Shown in pieces: positions 9,113-19,205 of a stretch of DNA of 64,000 bases; the stretch's first letter is position 1; every line of letters starts with the position of its first letter. The DNA comes from a virus. The DNA is taken from positions 64,001 to 128,000 of IMG/VR virus record IMGVR_UViG_3300027861_000011. One strand, 5' to 3'. A program made the translations under genes and the position numbers. Under the pieces are notes generated by a model. That model was not told where the DNA came from, did not search any database, and worked only from the letters and a program-made list of their open reading frames with translations.

Positions 9113-9205
9113 ATGCTTTAAATTTTAATTTTTTGTAAAACTTTACTTCATATATTTATTTAGTAAATTAATAACATAAATAATTTTATAAAAAAACGTT
9201 TTAAA

Positions 9206-10372
9206 ATGAGTAATAAAAAACCAAGTGTATTTCCTACGCAAGACCAAATTTCTTATGCTAATGAAACTGGTGAATTAATTTCAAATCAGTTAGAGGAAGA
9301 AAATGTTGTACAGTCAACATCTGGAAGTGATGCTGAAGCAATGGCTGCCGCTGAAATGAAAAAAAGAACTGATGACCAATTAAGGATGAGAGAAGAGAAT
9401 CTTAAAAAGAATGAAGAGATTTCTAGACAGATAGATAATAAAAGAGAGAATCAGATGAGTGAGAAACAACCTTATAATTGGGATAAAGAATCTAAAGAGC
9501 TTCCAACAGAAGGTAATAATAATAATAATCATAATTACTATGGTGGTAATGGTAATGACGGTGGTAATAATAATAATACAGGTATGAATAGTGAACAACC
9601 AAAAAGTAATCATAATGTTTATATTGAACAATTAAGTAAACCTCAAATGAATCAACCATTTGACCTTATTCCTTTACCATCTGAAGGTAAAATGTATCCA
9701 GGAGTTAAAAAGAATATTAAAGTTGCATTTCTTACAACTGCTGATGAAAATATTCTTACATCTCCTAATCTAGTTGAGAGTGGTGAGTTTTTAGAAATAC
9801 TTATTAATAGAAAATTACTTGAACCAAATTTAAGATATAGAGATTTATTACCAGGTGATAGAGATGCTATTATGATTTGGCTTAGAGCAACTGGTTATGG
9901 TGAAATGTATCCAGTTACATTATATGATAATAAAAATGAAACATTCGATACTGAAGTTAATCTTTCAGAATTAAAAACTATTAATCTTAATGTTAATCCA
10001 GGTACTGATGGTTTGTTTGATTTTGAGTTACCATTATCTAAGAATAAGCTTAAACTTAAATTACTTACAGTTGGTGATGTAGAGGATTTACAAGAAATTG
10101 TTAAAGAAAATGAAGATAATCTAATTAATGAAGAACAAACACTTATACTTGAGAATCGAATTGTTTCGGTTAATGGTAATAAGGATAGAATATTTATTAA
10201 AGAATTTGCGGCTAATATGAGGGTTATTGACGCACAAAAATTAAGAGAATTTATGTCTAAAATAGAATGTGGCGTTGATATGACAATCGAGGTTAGGTCT
10301 CCTGGGGGTGAGACCATAAAAACGTTTCTTCCCCTTACAACAAAGTTTTTTTGGCCTAACTCAGAGTTATAA
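9206..10372 (+). CDS. Tail assembly chaperone / T4 gp26-like baseplate hub assembly protein
   Basis: LIPLPSEGKMY, LTTADENILTS, DLLPGDRDAIMIWLRATGYG and C-terminal FFWP. Lies between tube and tape measure; low-complexity Asn/Gly N-terminal extension. Confidence 0.7.
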   Translation: MSNKKPSVFPTQDQISYANETGELISNQLEEENVVQSTSGSDAEAMAAAEMKKRTDDQLRMREENLKKNEEISRQIDNKRENQMSEKQPYNWDKESKELPTEGNNNNNHNYYGGNGNDGGNNNNTGMNSEQPKSNHNVYIEQLSKPQMNQPFDLIPLPSEGKMYPGVKKNIKVAFLTTADENILTSPNLVESGEFLEILINRKLLEPNLRYRDLLPGDRDAIMIWLRATGYGEMYPVTLYDNKNETFDTEVNLSELKTINLNVNPGTDGLFDFELPLSKNKLKLKLLTVGDVEDLQEIVKENEDNLINEEQTLILENRIVSVNGNKDRIFIKEFAANMRVIDAQKLREFMSKIECGVDMTIEVRSPGGETIKTFLPLTTKFFWPNSEL

Positions 10373-10625
10373 AGAAAAACTATTAGAAGAAATATATGTT
10401 TGCATTAAACATTTAGGTATGACTTATCAAGATGTTTTAGCAGCACCGACTTATGAGAGACGTTTCTTTCTTTTATCTTTTATTAATGAAGGGGAAAAGA
10501 AAAAACAGAAATACGAAGAAGAAAGAGATGCGGCTACTAATAGTAATGCTAAAGGGAGTAGAACCACAAGAGTGAGTGGTGACCAATTAAAATCAAAATT
10601 AAAGAGTGGAGAGATACCTGGCTAA
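10347..10625 (+). CDS. Frameshift extension (G-T-type) of the preceding gene, or a separate 68-aa ORF from 10419
   Basis: The frame is open from 10320 with no ATG until 10419. It reads FFGLTQSYKEKLLEEIYVCIKHLG-MTYQDVLAAPTYERRFFL across the T7 run at 10346-10352. Confidence 0.6.
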   Translation, partial: FFGLTQSYKEKLLEEIYVCIKHLGMTYQDVLAAPTYERRFFLLSFINEGEKKKQKYEEERDAATNSNAKGSRTTRVSGDQLKSKLKSGEIPG

Positions 10626-10682
10626 TTATTTAGTTAGGTATTTTTCGTTCTAGGAGATATTTATATATAAAACAATCTTAAT

Positions 10683-12143
10683 ATGAAGGTAGTAATCAAT
10701 GAATCGCAGTATAATAAACTATTTAATAAAACTAAAACTAAGTTAGTAATAGATGAATCTCAATATAATAGACTTTTTAATAAGACTAAAACTAAGTTAG
10801 TAATAACTGAAAGTCAGTTCAATACCCTTATGGTTGAGGCTGAGATATCAAAATCACTAAAAAATGTTAAAACAGGTGATTTATTACAAATAACTAAAGA
10901 AAATGGTAGCGTATATCATTTTAAGGTTGTTGAATCTGTTATGGGTGGTTCAATTTATATGGTTAGTACTGATAATGGAACTTTAAAAGGTTTCTATATT
11001 CTTATAAATGGTGCTACTAGTTTTCAAAATAAAGAATTAAGATATCAATTTAAAAAAATAGATGAAATAGAAGACGAATCTAAAATATATAAGGAATCCC
11101 CTAGTTGGAAATTTTCAACTATTAAAGCTATAACAAAATTTGAAGTGTTTAATTCAAATCAATCCCCTAAATTTAATGTTGATATTAAAACGGGTGAACC
11201 TAAAAAACCTAAAGAAGAGAAAGAAAAATTTAAAGGTAGTGAGTCTACACCAGAAAAAGAAGAGTTAATGAAGTATTTAATGAATATGACAGAGGGTAAG
11301 GATTACACTTTTAAGTTAAAAAATGGTAAAGAATTAGCTTTTAATGTTCAGACTGTTGAGCTTAAGAATATTGGTATGGAATTAATGAGTGCTGATGGTG
11401 ATTATAGTTTTGATGTTGGTAAAACTTTTAATCTAGAAGTTAAGAATGAAAATATTTTTTTTAAAAGTGATGGTGATTATGATATTCAATTAACAATGTA
11501 TTTAGGTGGTGAAGAAGAAGGTGCTGATGTAATTGATTCTAAGAGTAAAAAGGTAGAAATTAAAGGTATTTATGATATTGAAGAAAAGGGTGTTAATAAG
11601 GAAGAAGAAGAAGATGATACCTTTGATTATGAAGAATTAAAGGCTAGAATGGAAGATGACCAAGTATTAAAAGATATTATTCAAACAAGACCAAGTGCTG
11701 CATTAGAACTTATTCGTGTGTCTAGGAAATTGGGAGTTATACCAGCAAGTGATAGACTTGCTAAATGGGGGTTAGGCGTTAATAATGATACACTTAGTTA
11801 CAATGGTAAGAAATTCTTAGCTAATAAAAAATTAATAATAAAATTTATTGGTGATGGAAAGATAAAAGATACTAAAAATCAAGAAATATTAAATGATTTT
11901 AAAAATAAATTATTATCAAAAAATAGTGAGGTTGGTGTTAAGGTTGCACCATATAGACAGGGTGATAAACATACAACATTAAATGGTGGAATTGATAAAT
12001 TAGTATATAAATTAGAAGTTCAAAGTGAAGTGGAGGATAAAAAAGATACTTATATAGTTAATGTAAAGTTAACTAATAAAGATACTAAAGTACCATTTAT
12101 ATTAGCTTCTTATGAAATAAAAGTTGAGAATTATAACGCATAA
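10683..12143 (+). CDS. Hypothetical protein with triplicated N-terminal K(V/L)VI(N/D/T)ESQ motif, likely head-associated
   Basis: 54-bp/18-aa repeat at the N-terminus; late-type promoter at 10658. Confidence 0.7.
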   Translation: MKVVINESQYNKLFNKTKTKLVIDESQYNRLFNKTKTKLVITESQFNTLMVEAEISKSLKNVKTGDLLQITKENGSVYHFKVVESVMGGSIYMVSTDNGTLKGFYILINGATSFQNKELRYQFKKIDEIEDESKIYKESPSWKFSTIKAITKFEVFNSNQSPKFNVDIKTGEPKKPKEEKEKFKGSESTPEKEELMKYLMNMTEGKDYTFKLKNGKELAFNVQTVELKNIGMELMSADGDYSFDVGKTFNLEVKNENIFFKSDGDYDIQLTMYLGGEEEGADVIDSKSKKVEIKGIYDIEEKGVNKEEEEDDTFDYEELKARMEDDQVLKDIIQTRPSAALELIRVSRKLGVIPASDRLAKWGLGVNNDTLSYNGKKFLANKKLIIKFIGDGKIKDTKNQEILNDFKNKLLSKNSEVGVKVAPYRQGDKHTTLNGGIDKLVYKLEVQSEVEDKKDTYIVNVKLTNKDTKVPFILASYEIKVENYNA

Positions 12144-12163
12144 AAAAAATTAAACTATAAGTA

Positions 12164-14689
12164 ATGGCGAAGGAAGATGACATGAAGAACATATGGGATG
12201 GAATGAAAGCGGAGCAGCGTAAGATTAATGCTGCCGCTAAAGAGCTTGAAAAAGGACTTGGTAAGCAAGTCGAGATGCAACGTGATATCCTTAGAACTAA
12301 ACAAGACATTGCACATATAGCTAAGAAAAATGCAGTAATTGAAGAGCAATTAGCAGAAGACTTAAAAGAAAGAAAAGTTTTACAAGATAAAATGTTAGTA
12401 GCTCAACAAAATGGTGATAAGAAGGCTAAAAAGGCTGCACATGATAGACTTATATTACTTAGAAAAGAAATTAAATTAAAAAAAGAAAGTTTAGGAGTAG
12501 GTAAAGAAGAATTAAAAGACGCTGAAAAAGGTCTTGAATTAATGCAAAAAAGCGTTAAACAAAGTAATTTACTTAAGTCTAGTGCTAGGTCAGTAGGTAA
12601 GGCTATGAAGACTTGGGGTTGGGATAAACTTAAGTCTTGGGGTGTGTTTGAAATGGATAAAGCTATCCGTGATAGTGCTAAAAGTATGGGTGTTGGCGCT
12701 AAGGGTTTTGAATCTTTCTCTAGTAGTATAAGTGTTGCTTCTGAGAAAACTATAATGATGGGTGCTGGGATAAAGGACTTAGCTAAAATGCAAGGTGGTT
12801 ACAGTAAGGAGATTGGGAGGTCAGTTCGATTAACTGAAGAAGGTATGATAGCTATGGCTGAAATGGCTGAAGGTACTGGTCTTGGTGCGGAATATGCTAT
12901 AGGTATGGCTGCTGGTATGGATGATTTTGGTGCTAGTGTTGAAACATCAAGAGATTTAGTACAGGAAACTCTTGATATTTCTGGTGAAATGGGGGTTAAT
13001 AGTGCAGCAGCTGCTGAAGGTCTTAAAAAGAGTCTTAAATTAGCTCAAAGGTTCCACTTTAAGGGTGGTGTAAAAGGACTTGCTAAAATGGCTAACGAGG
13101 CCGCTAGACTTAAGTTAGATATGGATGGTATTGCTGGTCTTGCTGAAAAGGTGTTTAGACCAGAGGGAGCTGTTGAAATGGCAGCTAAGTTACAAACTAT
13201 GGGTGGAGCGTTTGCTCAAATGGCTGACCCTATGCAATTAATGTTTAAAGCTAGAAATGATTTTGAAGGATTTTCTAAAGATATTGGTAAGGCTACATCT
13301 GAATTTGTTGAATTTAATAAAGAACAGGGTATATTTGAGGTTAAAGGTGGTTTAGCTGCGGATAGAATGAGGGAGATATCAACTATTACTGGTATTGGTG
13401 TTGAAAAGTTACAAGAAATGGCTGTTCAACAAAAGAAAATTGAAGCTATTGGTTCTATATCACCATTTAATTTTGATAAAGATGAAAAAGCATTAGTGGC
13501 TGGTATGGCTGATATGAAGGATGGTGAATGGCAAGTTAGTATTGATGGTCATGCTAAACTAGTTAAAGATTTAAATAATAATGATTTGAAAAAACTTAGA
13601 TTAGAACAACAAAATCTTGATGAGAGAGCTGAACAATCTAGAACATTTCAAGATGTAATGATGGATGTATGGGAACAAATACAAAGTATTTTATTACCAT
13701 TCGCTCAAGCACTTAAGAAAAATCTTGGTGGGCCAATACAAGATTTTATTAAAACGTTATCTGATGGTGGTAAAGATAGTTTTATTGGTAGTATTAAGTC
13801 GTGGGTTAAATCAATTGCTGAATTAGTTACTAGTGTAGGTAAATGGATTATGGATAACCCTATAAAAAGTGTATTAGCTGTTGCGTTATTTAAAACGGCT
13901 GGGTGGATAGCTAATGGTTTAGCTTTAGCTACTGGATTTAACTTAGGTGCTAGAATGGGTGGTGGTATGGGTATGGGTCGTGGTATGACGGGGCCTGGTG
14001 CTGGGTTTGGTGCAGCAAGGTCTAGAGCTGGAATTACAAGAGGTGTTAATGGACAAATGGTTAGAGGTAGACCAGGTATGAGTACTGGTGCAAAAATGGG
14101 AGCTGGTCTAGGATTAGGTATAGCTGGGATGGGCTTAGATTATGCTAGAAGCACTATGGATGACCAAGAAAGTAGAGGTGCTAAGGCTTTAGGTGTTGGT
14201 TCTTCTGCATTGACGGGCGCAGCATTTGGTATGATGTTAGGGCCTGTTGGTGCTTTAGTTGGTGGTTTAGCTGGAGCTGCTTATGGTGCTTTTAAGGAAT
14301 ATGGTGGGGGCGATGGTTTTGAAGAAACAGATAATACTACTGCTGATATGAGTTCATTATATAGTAAAACTAGTGAAGTTAACGATGCTATTATAAAGTT
14401 TAACCCAAGAGATAAGTTCACAACAGTTAACGATGCGATTATAGCTTCAACAAGTCAGAATCAATTAAATACTGCCACTAAAAAACTTACTGGAGGTGAT
14501 AGTAATAGTGAAACTAAAGTTAAGATTGATGATGTTAAGGCTGATTTTAACTTTAACTTTAATGGTATTGATAATGAAATAGGTAAAATGTTATTAGCTA
14601 ATAACCAATGGGTAAATAAATTAAATACAGTACTACATGAAGTTAGTAGGACTTCTTTATCATATAAATTAAGTCCACAACCTATATAA
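12164..14689 (+). CDS. Tape measure protein
   Basis: Coiled-coil N-terminus, Ala/Gly/Met-rich helical body and Gly-rich hydrophobic C-terminal segments (GAAFGMMLGPVGALVGGLAGAAYG). Located after tube and chaperone. Confidence 0.85.
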   Translation: MAKEDDMKNIWDGMKAEQRKINAAAKELEKGLGKQVEMQRDILRTKQDIAHIAKKNAVIEEQLAEDLKERKVLQDKMLVAQQNGDKKAKKAAHDRLILLRKEIKLKKESLGVGKEELKDAEKGLELMQKSVKQSNLLKSSARSVGKAMKTWGWDKLKSWGVFEMDKAIRDSAKSMGVGAKGFESFSSSISVASEKTIMMGAGIKDLAKMQGGYSKEIGRSVRLTEEGMIAMAEMAEGTGLGAEYAIGMAAGMDDFGASVETSRDLVQETLDISGEMGVNSAAAAEGLKKSLKLAQRFHFKGGVKGLAKMANEAARLKLDMDGIAGLAEKVFRPEGAVEMAAKLQTMGGAFAQMADPMQLMFKARNDFEGFSKDIGKATSEFVEFNKEQGIFEVKGGLAADRMREISTITGIGVEKLQEMAVQQKKIEAIGSISPFNFDKDEKALVAGMADMKDGEWQVSIDGHAKLVKDLNNNDLKKLRLEQQNLDERAEQSRTFQDVMMDVWEQIQSILLPFAQALKKNLGGPIQDFIKTLSDGGKDSFIGSIKSWVKSIAELVTSVGKWIMDNPIKSVLAVALFKTAGWIANGLALATGFNLGARMGGGMGMGRGMTGPGAGFGAARSRAGITRGVNGQMVRGRPGMSTGAKMGAGLGLGIAGMGLDYARSTMDDQESRGAKALGVGSSALTGAAFGMMLGPVGALVGGLAGAAYGAFKEYGGGDGFEETDNTTADMSSLYSKTSEVNDAIIKFNPRDKFTTVNDAIIASTSQNQLNTATKKLTGGDSNSETKVKIDDVKADFNFNFNGIDNEIGKMLLANNQWVNKLNTVLHEVSRTSLSYKLSPQPI

Positions 14690-14783
14690 TTTATTATTAT
14701 TTAAAAAATAAATTATATAAATCTTGACTTTATAATTTTAAAATAGTATTTTTGACTTATATATATAAACAGAGGATTGAAAG

Positions 14784-14886
14784 TATAATACATATATAAT
14801 AGATATATAATAGATATAATACATATATAATAGATATATAATAGATATATAATAGATATAATAGATATAATAGATTATATATAATA
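14784..14886. repeat. Array of ten TATAATA heptamers (period mostly 9 or 11 bp)
   Basis: Copies start at 14784, 14795, 14806, 14815, 14826, 14837, 14848, 14857, 14866 and 14880. Confidence 0.9.
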
Positions 14887-14996
14887 TATATAGTAATTTT
14901 AGTAATTTAGTATATATTCCCCTAATTCCAAGACTACAAGTATTTATTTTATTATAATTTTGATTAGCATAGTATTTATATATAAAAAGAGTTACT

Positions 14997-17900
14997 ATGC
15001 CAAATTCTATAAATTCGTTATCACCAGATTTAAGAGATTATTTACTAAATAGAAATATTATTAGTGATACTATAACTTCTAGTGGTTTAGATACTCTTCT
15101 TCAAGGTATTGGTATACCTTCAGAAATTAGCCATTCCCCAGAATCTGTACAACCATCAGAGAATATTGAGGTTGATGGTGTATTCTATAAAGATTTAAAT
15201 GTAATCATAAATAAATACCAAGGTTCTGATGATGATTATGAAAAAGTAAGTATAAATTATTTACCAGGTAACACTAACTCAACATGGGCTGGTATTCCTT
15301 TTAATCATGAGTCATATAAACCTGGTGTAGCACAGTTATTCGATTATACAGAGACTAATGTTCCAGCTAATGGACCATTCCAAGGTGGGAACATTAGAGA
15401 ATTTAATACAACTAAGAACAATTTTTTAGATGTAAGTAAACAAACTAAGATAGATTTTAATACTCAACCTGTTCCATCGTATCAAATTGGTTCTTATTTA
15501 GATGAATATGGAGCACTTAATGTAGGTGGTGCTGATACTCAAACATTAGATGTTCTTGGTAGTATTTTAAATGGTGGTGGTGTAGGTTTTGACCCTAATG
15601 GGGGTGGAGTTGTTCCAGATTTTGATGTTAGGTCTTCATTAGTTGGTAGAGCTCTTAACGCTGGTGGTGCAATCAATGATACAAAATTAGGTACATTAGC
15701 TGTTAAGTATTTAGCAGCATCAATTGGTAATAGTGTCGCAATGAATCTTCAAGAGGAAACAATTGGTAGAATAAACCTTAATCCATTAAGTCTTTTAAAA
15801 GGAAATAATATTATAGTTCCAAATTATAATATTACGGTAGCTAAAGGTACACTAGGTAAGATTTTAGATTTAGGTGAAAGAATGCTTGGTTTTGAAACGC
15901 CAGTTAGTCTTTTAGGGCCAGGCTCATCAATATTTAGTAAAGAAAACCCAGTAGGAAATATTGAGAGAGCTCAATCAATGATTTTAAATACTGGTAAAGG
16001 GCAAGTATTAGCTCTTATAGCTAGTCTTGACCAAAACTTATATAAACCACAAATATCAGATGATAGAAAGAAAGAAGGAACAGCACCAACTGGTGAAGAT
16101 GGTACAAATGGTACTCTTTATGCTTTTAACAATGGTGATGGTGGTGTAGTTGATTTATTAAATAGTTCAAATATAGAAGGAGTTACCCCAGCATTTTTAC
16201 CAAATGGATTACCAGACCCTACTTTTATAGCTCAAGTTTCTAACGCTGGTGCTTTCGAATCTGAACATGGTAAGATAACAAGTGAGTTAAATGGTGGATT
16301 TAATGATGAATTTGGTAATTTAACGCATGCTAATTCAAGAAATGATAGTGAAGCTAAATTTATGTGGGCTGATAAAGGAAGTAATAAAACTAACTCTGAA
16401 GGTGCTAGTACGGGTCTTCAAGCATTTGAAGATTTAGGTGTTAAGAAAAGTTTACTAAGTAAAACAAAAGAATTATTTAATAGTAATAAAATGAGAACAC
16501 TTACCTCTGGTCATTATGTTAAAGATGAGAAAATTAGTGAAATTCAAAGTGGTATGCATACCAAATTTTCTGCATCTGGTAAACTATCAAAAGGTAGTGG
16601 TGTATTATCTAAAGGGGTATTAAAAGGTACTGCAACTGATGGTGATAAAATATTTTGTAGAACATGGTCAACATATGATAAATACTCTAGTGTTAATGAT
16701 TTAGTAAGACATAGTGGTTTAAAAAAGAATTTAATGATAAATCCACACGCTAATGTTGATGCATCTGTTTTAGATAAACAAGGATTTCCTCAAATAGGAC
16801 CATATAATGATAGAGTTAATACATCAGTAGATGCTAACGGTAAAAAAGTAAACGTTGAGAATTATATGTTCTCAATTGAGAACTTAGCTTGGTATGGTTC
16901 AGATATGATGAGCTTTTTACCAGATTGTGAAATAGGTCCTGGTGACCCAGTAACAGGTCGTAATGGTAGAATAATGTGGTTCCCACCATATGACATTTCA
17001 TTTAATGAAACAACATCAGTTAGTTTAGAAAGAAATAATTTTATAGGTAGAGGTGAGCCAATATATACATATAATAATACTGAAAGAATGGGAACACTTT
17101 CATGGAAGATTATTATTGACCACCCTAATTATATGAATTTTTTCCCAGAAAATTGGGGTGATAATGAAATAGCTTCATTTTATGCTGGATGTTTAGAAGA
17201 TGAAAAAATAGTAAGAAAAGTATTTACTAGTAATGAAAGAAATGAAATTGAATTAGCCGAGAAACCAATTGTTAAAGAAGTTGTAGATGAAGCTGAACCT
17301 GGAGAACTCACATTTATTGTATATTTTAAAAATGATACGACAGATATATCTACATTATATGAAAATGGTAAAAGAAATAATGCTCCAGACGGAGACCCAA
17401 ATGGTTACATTGAAGATACCGATATAATGGGTTGTTATAAATCAAAACTTAATGATGAAGGAACTGCTTTAGAATGTATTGCTGGATATGGTTTAGGTAC
17501 AACAATAGGTGAAGGTATTGTTGGTTCAAAAGGTAAAGTATATAATGATTTAACTAATTTTGGTCTTAATGGTCAAGACCAACCAATATCATTTAAAGGT
17601 AAAACTCACAGAGGTTGGATGGATGATGATTTTCTCCCAAACTTAAGTGACTATATTTCTAATGAATGTAAATATTGTAAAATAACAATTGAAGGTTATG
17701 CTAGTTCCCAAGGCGCTTCATCTAAGAATCAAAAACTTTCACAAAAAAGAGCTGATAATGTTAAATCTTGGTTAATTAGTAATGTAGTACCTAAAAATGA
17801 TACTGTTAGTCCTGAAAAAAGAGTTGTAATTTCAGAACCAACTGGTAAAGGTGAAACTGAAACTGGATGTACTGGTGAAGGTGGTCAAGATAGAGGAGCT

Positions 17901-19169
17901 TGTAAATTAGGTAGAAAGACAATAGTTACAATTAAATATGATGCTGACTTAAAACCAGCACCACCACCACCAGTAGTAGATAAGAAAGTAGAACCCCCTA
18001 TTCAAAGTAAACAAAATCTTGCGATGAACCCTAGTAGATTCTTTTCTGAATGTGATTATTTCACAAGATTAGAAGAAACATCACCAATAGTATATGATGA
18101 GATTAAAAGAAAAATCCCTTACTTTCACCCTAGTTTTCACTCTACAACACCAGAAGGATTTAATTCTAGACTTACATTCTTACAACAATGCACAAGGCAA
18201 GGACCAACACTTTCATCTGATAAAAGTAACCCAAGTAATTTAGCATTTGGTAGACCACCAGTATGTATACTTAGAATTGGTGATTTTTATCACACAAAAA
18301 TAATGATGGAGAGTCTTACAATAGATTATGACCCACTTGTATGGGATTTAAATCCAGAAGGTGTTGGTGTACAACCAATGATTGCTAATGTTACAGTTAG
18401 TTTCGTATTTATTGGTGGGTCAAGTCTTAAAGGTCCAATTAATAAATTACAAAATGCAGTATCATTCAATTACTTTGCTAATACCGAATTATATGATGTT
18501 AGAGCAGACGTTGTTAAAGAAGATGGTACTGTCGGGAATTATATTAATGAAGCTGCTGAAAGTGAAAAACAAAAAGATAAAAATACAGAACCAATTGTTG
18601 AAGACCAAGAAGTGGTTGCTAAGGAAATAGTTGAAGAAGAACCACCAGAACCAGAAGAAAGTGATGCTGTTAAAGCATTAAAAAACGCTCAGTTGAATGG
18701 ATGGACTGATGATGATAGTGGACTTGTTACAGTGGGAGTTTGGACTGATGGAGCATTTAATGATAAAGACTGGAATTACAATATCACAGTATTTCAAAAT
18801 AACCAAAGAGTTAAAATAGATACAGGTACACTTGATTTGGAAAAATTCGATGATGATAATAGATTTGAAATAGTTGTATCTAAATTAACAAGAAGTTTTG
18901 TTGGTAAAGTAACTCGTGAAGTAGATACTGGTCGTAAATATAGTAAATATGGTCCTAACTGTTTTAGTGCTAGTACAGACACAGTTATAGTTGATGAGAT
19001 ACCCATCGGAGTTGAATTTTGGAAAGATGGTGAAGAAACAATTCAACGTGGTTTAGCTCCTTATGTGTTAGGATGTGATGATTTAGATAATGAGCAAACT
19101 AGAGGTGATTTAGTTCCTGGTACAGATAACGCTGTATTTAATTTAATGCGATGTATAAGTTGTCCTTAA
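14997..19169 (+). CDS. Large baseplate/tube-initiator protein with inserted OmpA-like domain
   Basis: WFPPYDISFNETTSVS...FIGRGEPIYTYNNTER and PPVCILRIGDFYHTKI...ANVTVSF segments resemble tube-fold initiators. OmpA motifs VYFKNDT, IEGYASSQG and NQKLSQKRADNV. Confidence 0.65.
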   Translation: MPNSINSLSPDLRDYLLNRNIISDTITSSGLDTLLQGIGIPSEISHSPESVQPSENIEVDGVFYKDLNVIINKYQGSDDDYEKVSINYLPGNTNSTWAGIPFNHESYKPGVAQLFDYTETNVPANGPFQGGNIREFNTTKNNFLDVSKQTKIDFNTQPVPSYQIGSYLDEYGALNVGGADTQTLDVLGSILNGGGVGFDPNGGGVVPDFDVRSSLVGRALNAGGAINDTKLGTLAVKYLAASIGNSVAMNLQEETIGRINLNPLSLLKGNNIIVPNYNITVAKGTLGKILDLGERMLGFETPVSLLGPGSSIFSKENPVGNIERAQSMILNTGKGQVLALIASLDQNLYKPQISDDRKKEGTAPTGEDGTNGTLYAFNNGDGGVVDLLNSSNIEGVTPAFLPNGLPDPTFIAQVSNAGAFESEHGKITSELNGGFNDEFGNLTHANSRNDSEAKFMWADKGSNKTNSEGASTGLQAFEDLGVKKSLLSKTKELFNSNKMRTLTSGHYVKDEKISEIQSGMHTKFSASGKLSKGSGVLSKGVLKGTATDGDKIFCRTWSTYDKYSSVNDLVRHSGLKKNLMINPHANVDASVLDKQGFPQIGPYNDRVNTSVDANGKKVNVENYMFSIENLAWYGSDMMSFLPDCEIGPGDPVTGRNGRIMWFPPYDISFNETTSVSLERNNFIGRGEPIYTYNNTERMGTLSWKIIIDHPNYMNFFPENWGDNEIASFYAGCLEDEKIVRKVFTSNERNEIELAEKPIVKEVVDEAEPGELTFIVYFKNDTTDISTLYENGKRNNAPDGDPNGYIEDTDIMGCYKSKLNDEGTALECIAGYGLGTTIGEGIVGSKGKVYNDLTNFGLNGQDQPISFKGKTHRGWMDDDFLPNLSDYISNECKYCKITIEGYASSQGASSKNQKLSQKRADNVKSWLISNVVPKNDTVSPEKRVVISEPTGKGETETGCTGEGGQDRGACKLGRKTIVTIKYDADLKPAPPPPVVDKKVEPPIQSKQNLAMNPSRFFSECDYFTRLEETSPIVYDEIKRKIPYFHPSFHSTTPEGFNSRLTFLQQCTRQGPTLSSDKSNPSNLAFGRPPVCILRIGDFYHTKIMMESLTIDYDPLVWDLNPEGVGVQPMIANVTVSFVFIGGSSLKGPINKLQNAVSFNYFANTELYDVRADVVKEDGTVGNYINEAAESEKQKDKNTEPIVEDQEVVAKEIVEEEPPEPEESDAVKALKNAQLNGWTDDDSGLVTVGVWTDGAFNDKDWNYNITVFQNNQRVKIDTGTLDLEKFDDDNRFEIVVSKLTRSFVGKVTREVDTGRKYSKYGPNCFSASTDTVIVDEIPIGVEFWKDGEETIQRGLAPYVLGCDDLDNEQTRGDLVPGTDNAVFNLMRCISCP

Positions 19170-19205
19170 TAAATTAAATATAATAAGATGTTAAAAAAAT
19201 AGATT

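Noticed and set aside
9500-9580. AAT microsatellite encoding poly-Asn in the chaperone N-terminal extension
   Set aside because: In-frame low-complexity sequence with no sign of phase-variation function.
14784-14886. CRISPR array
   Set aside because: Units are 9-14 bp with no unique spacers, and there are no cas genes.
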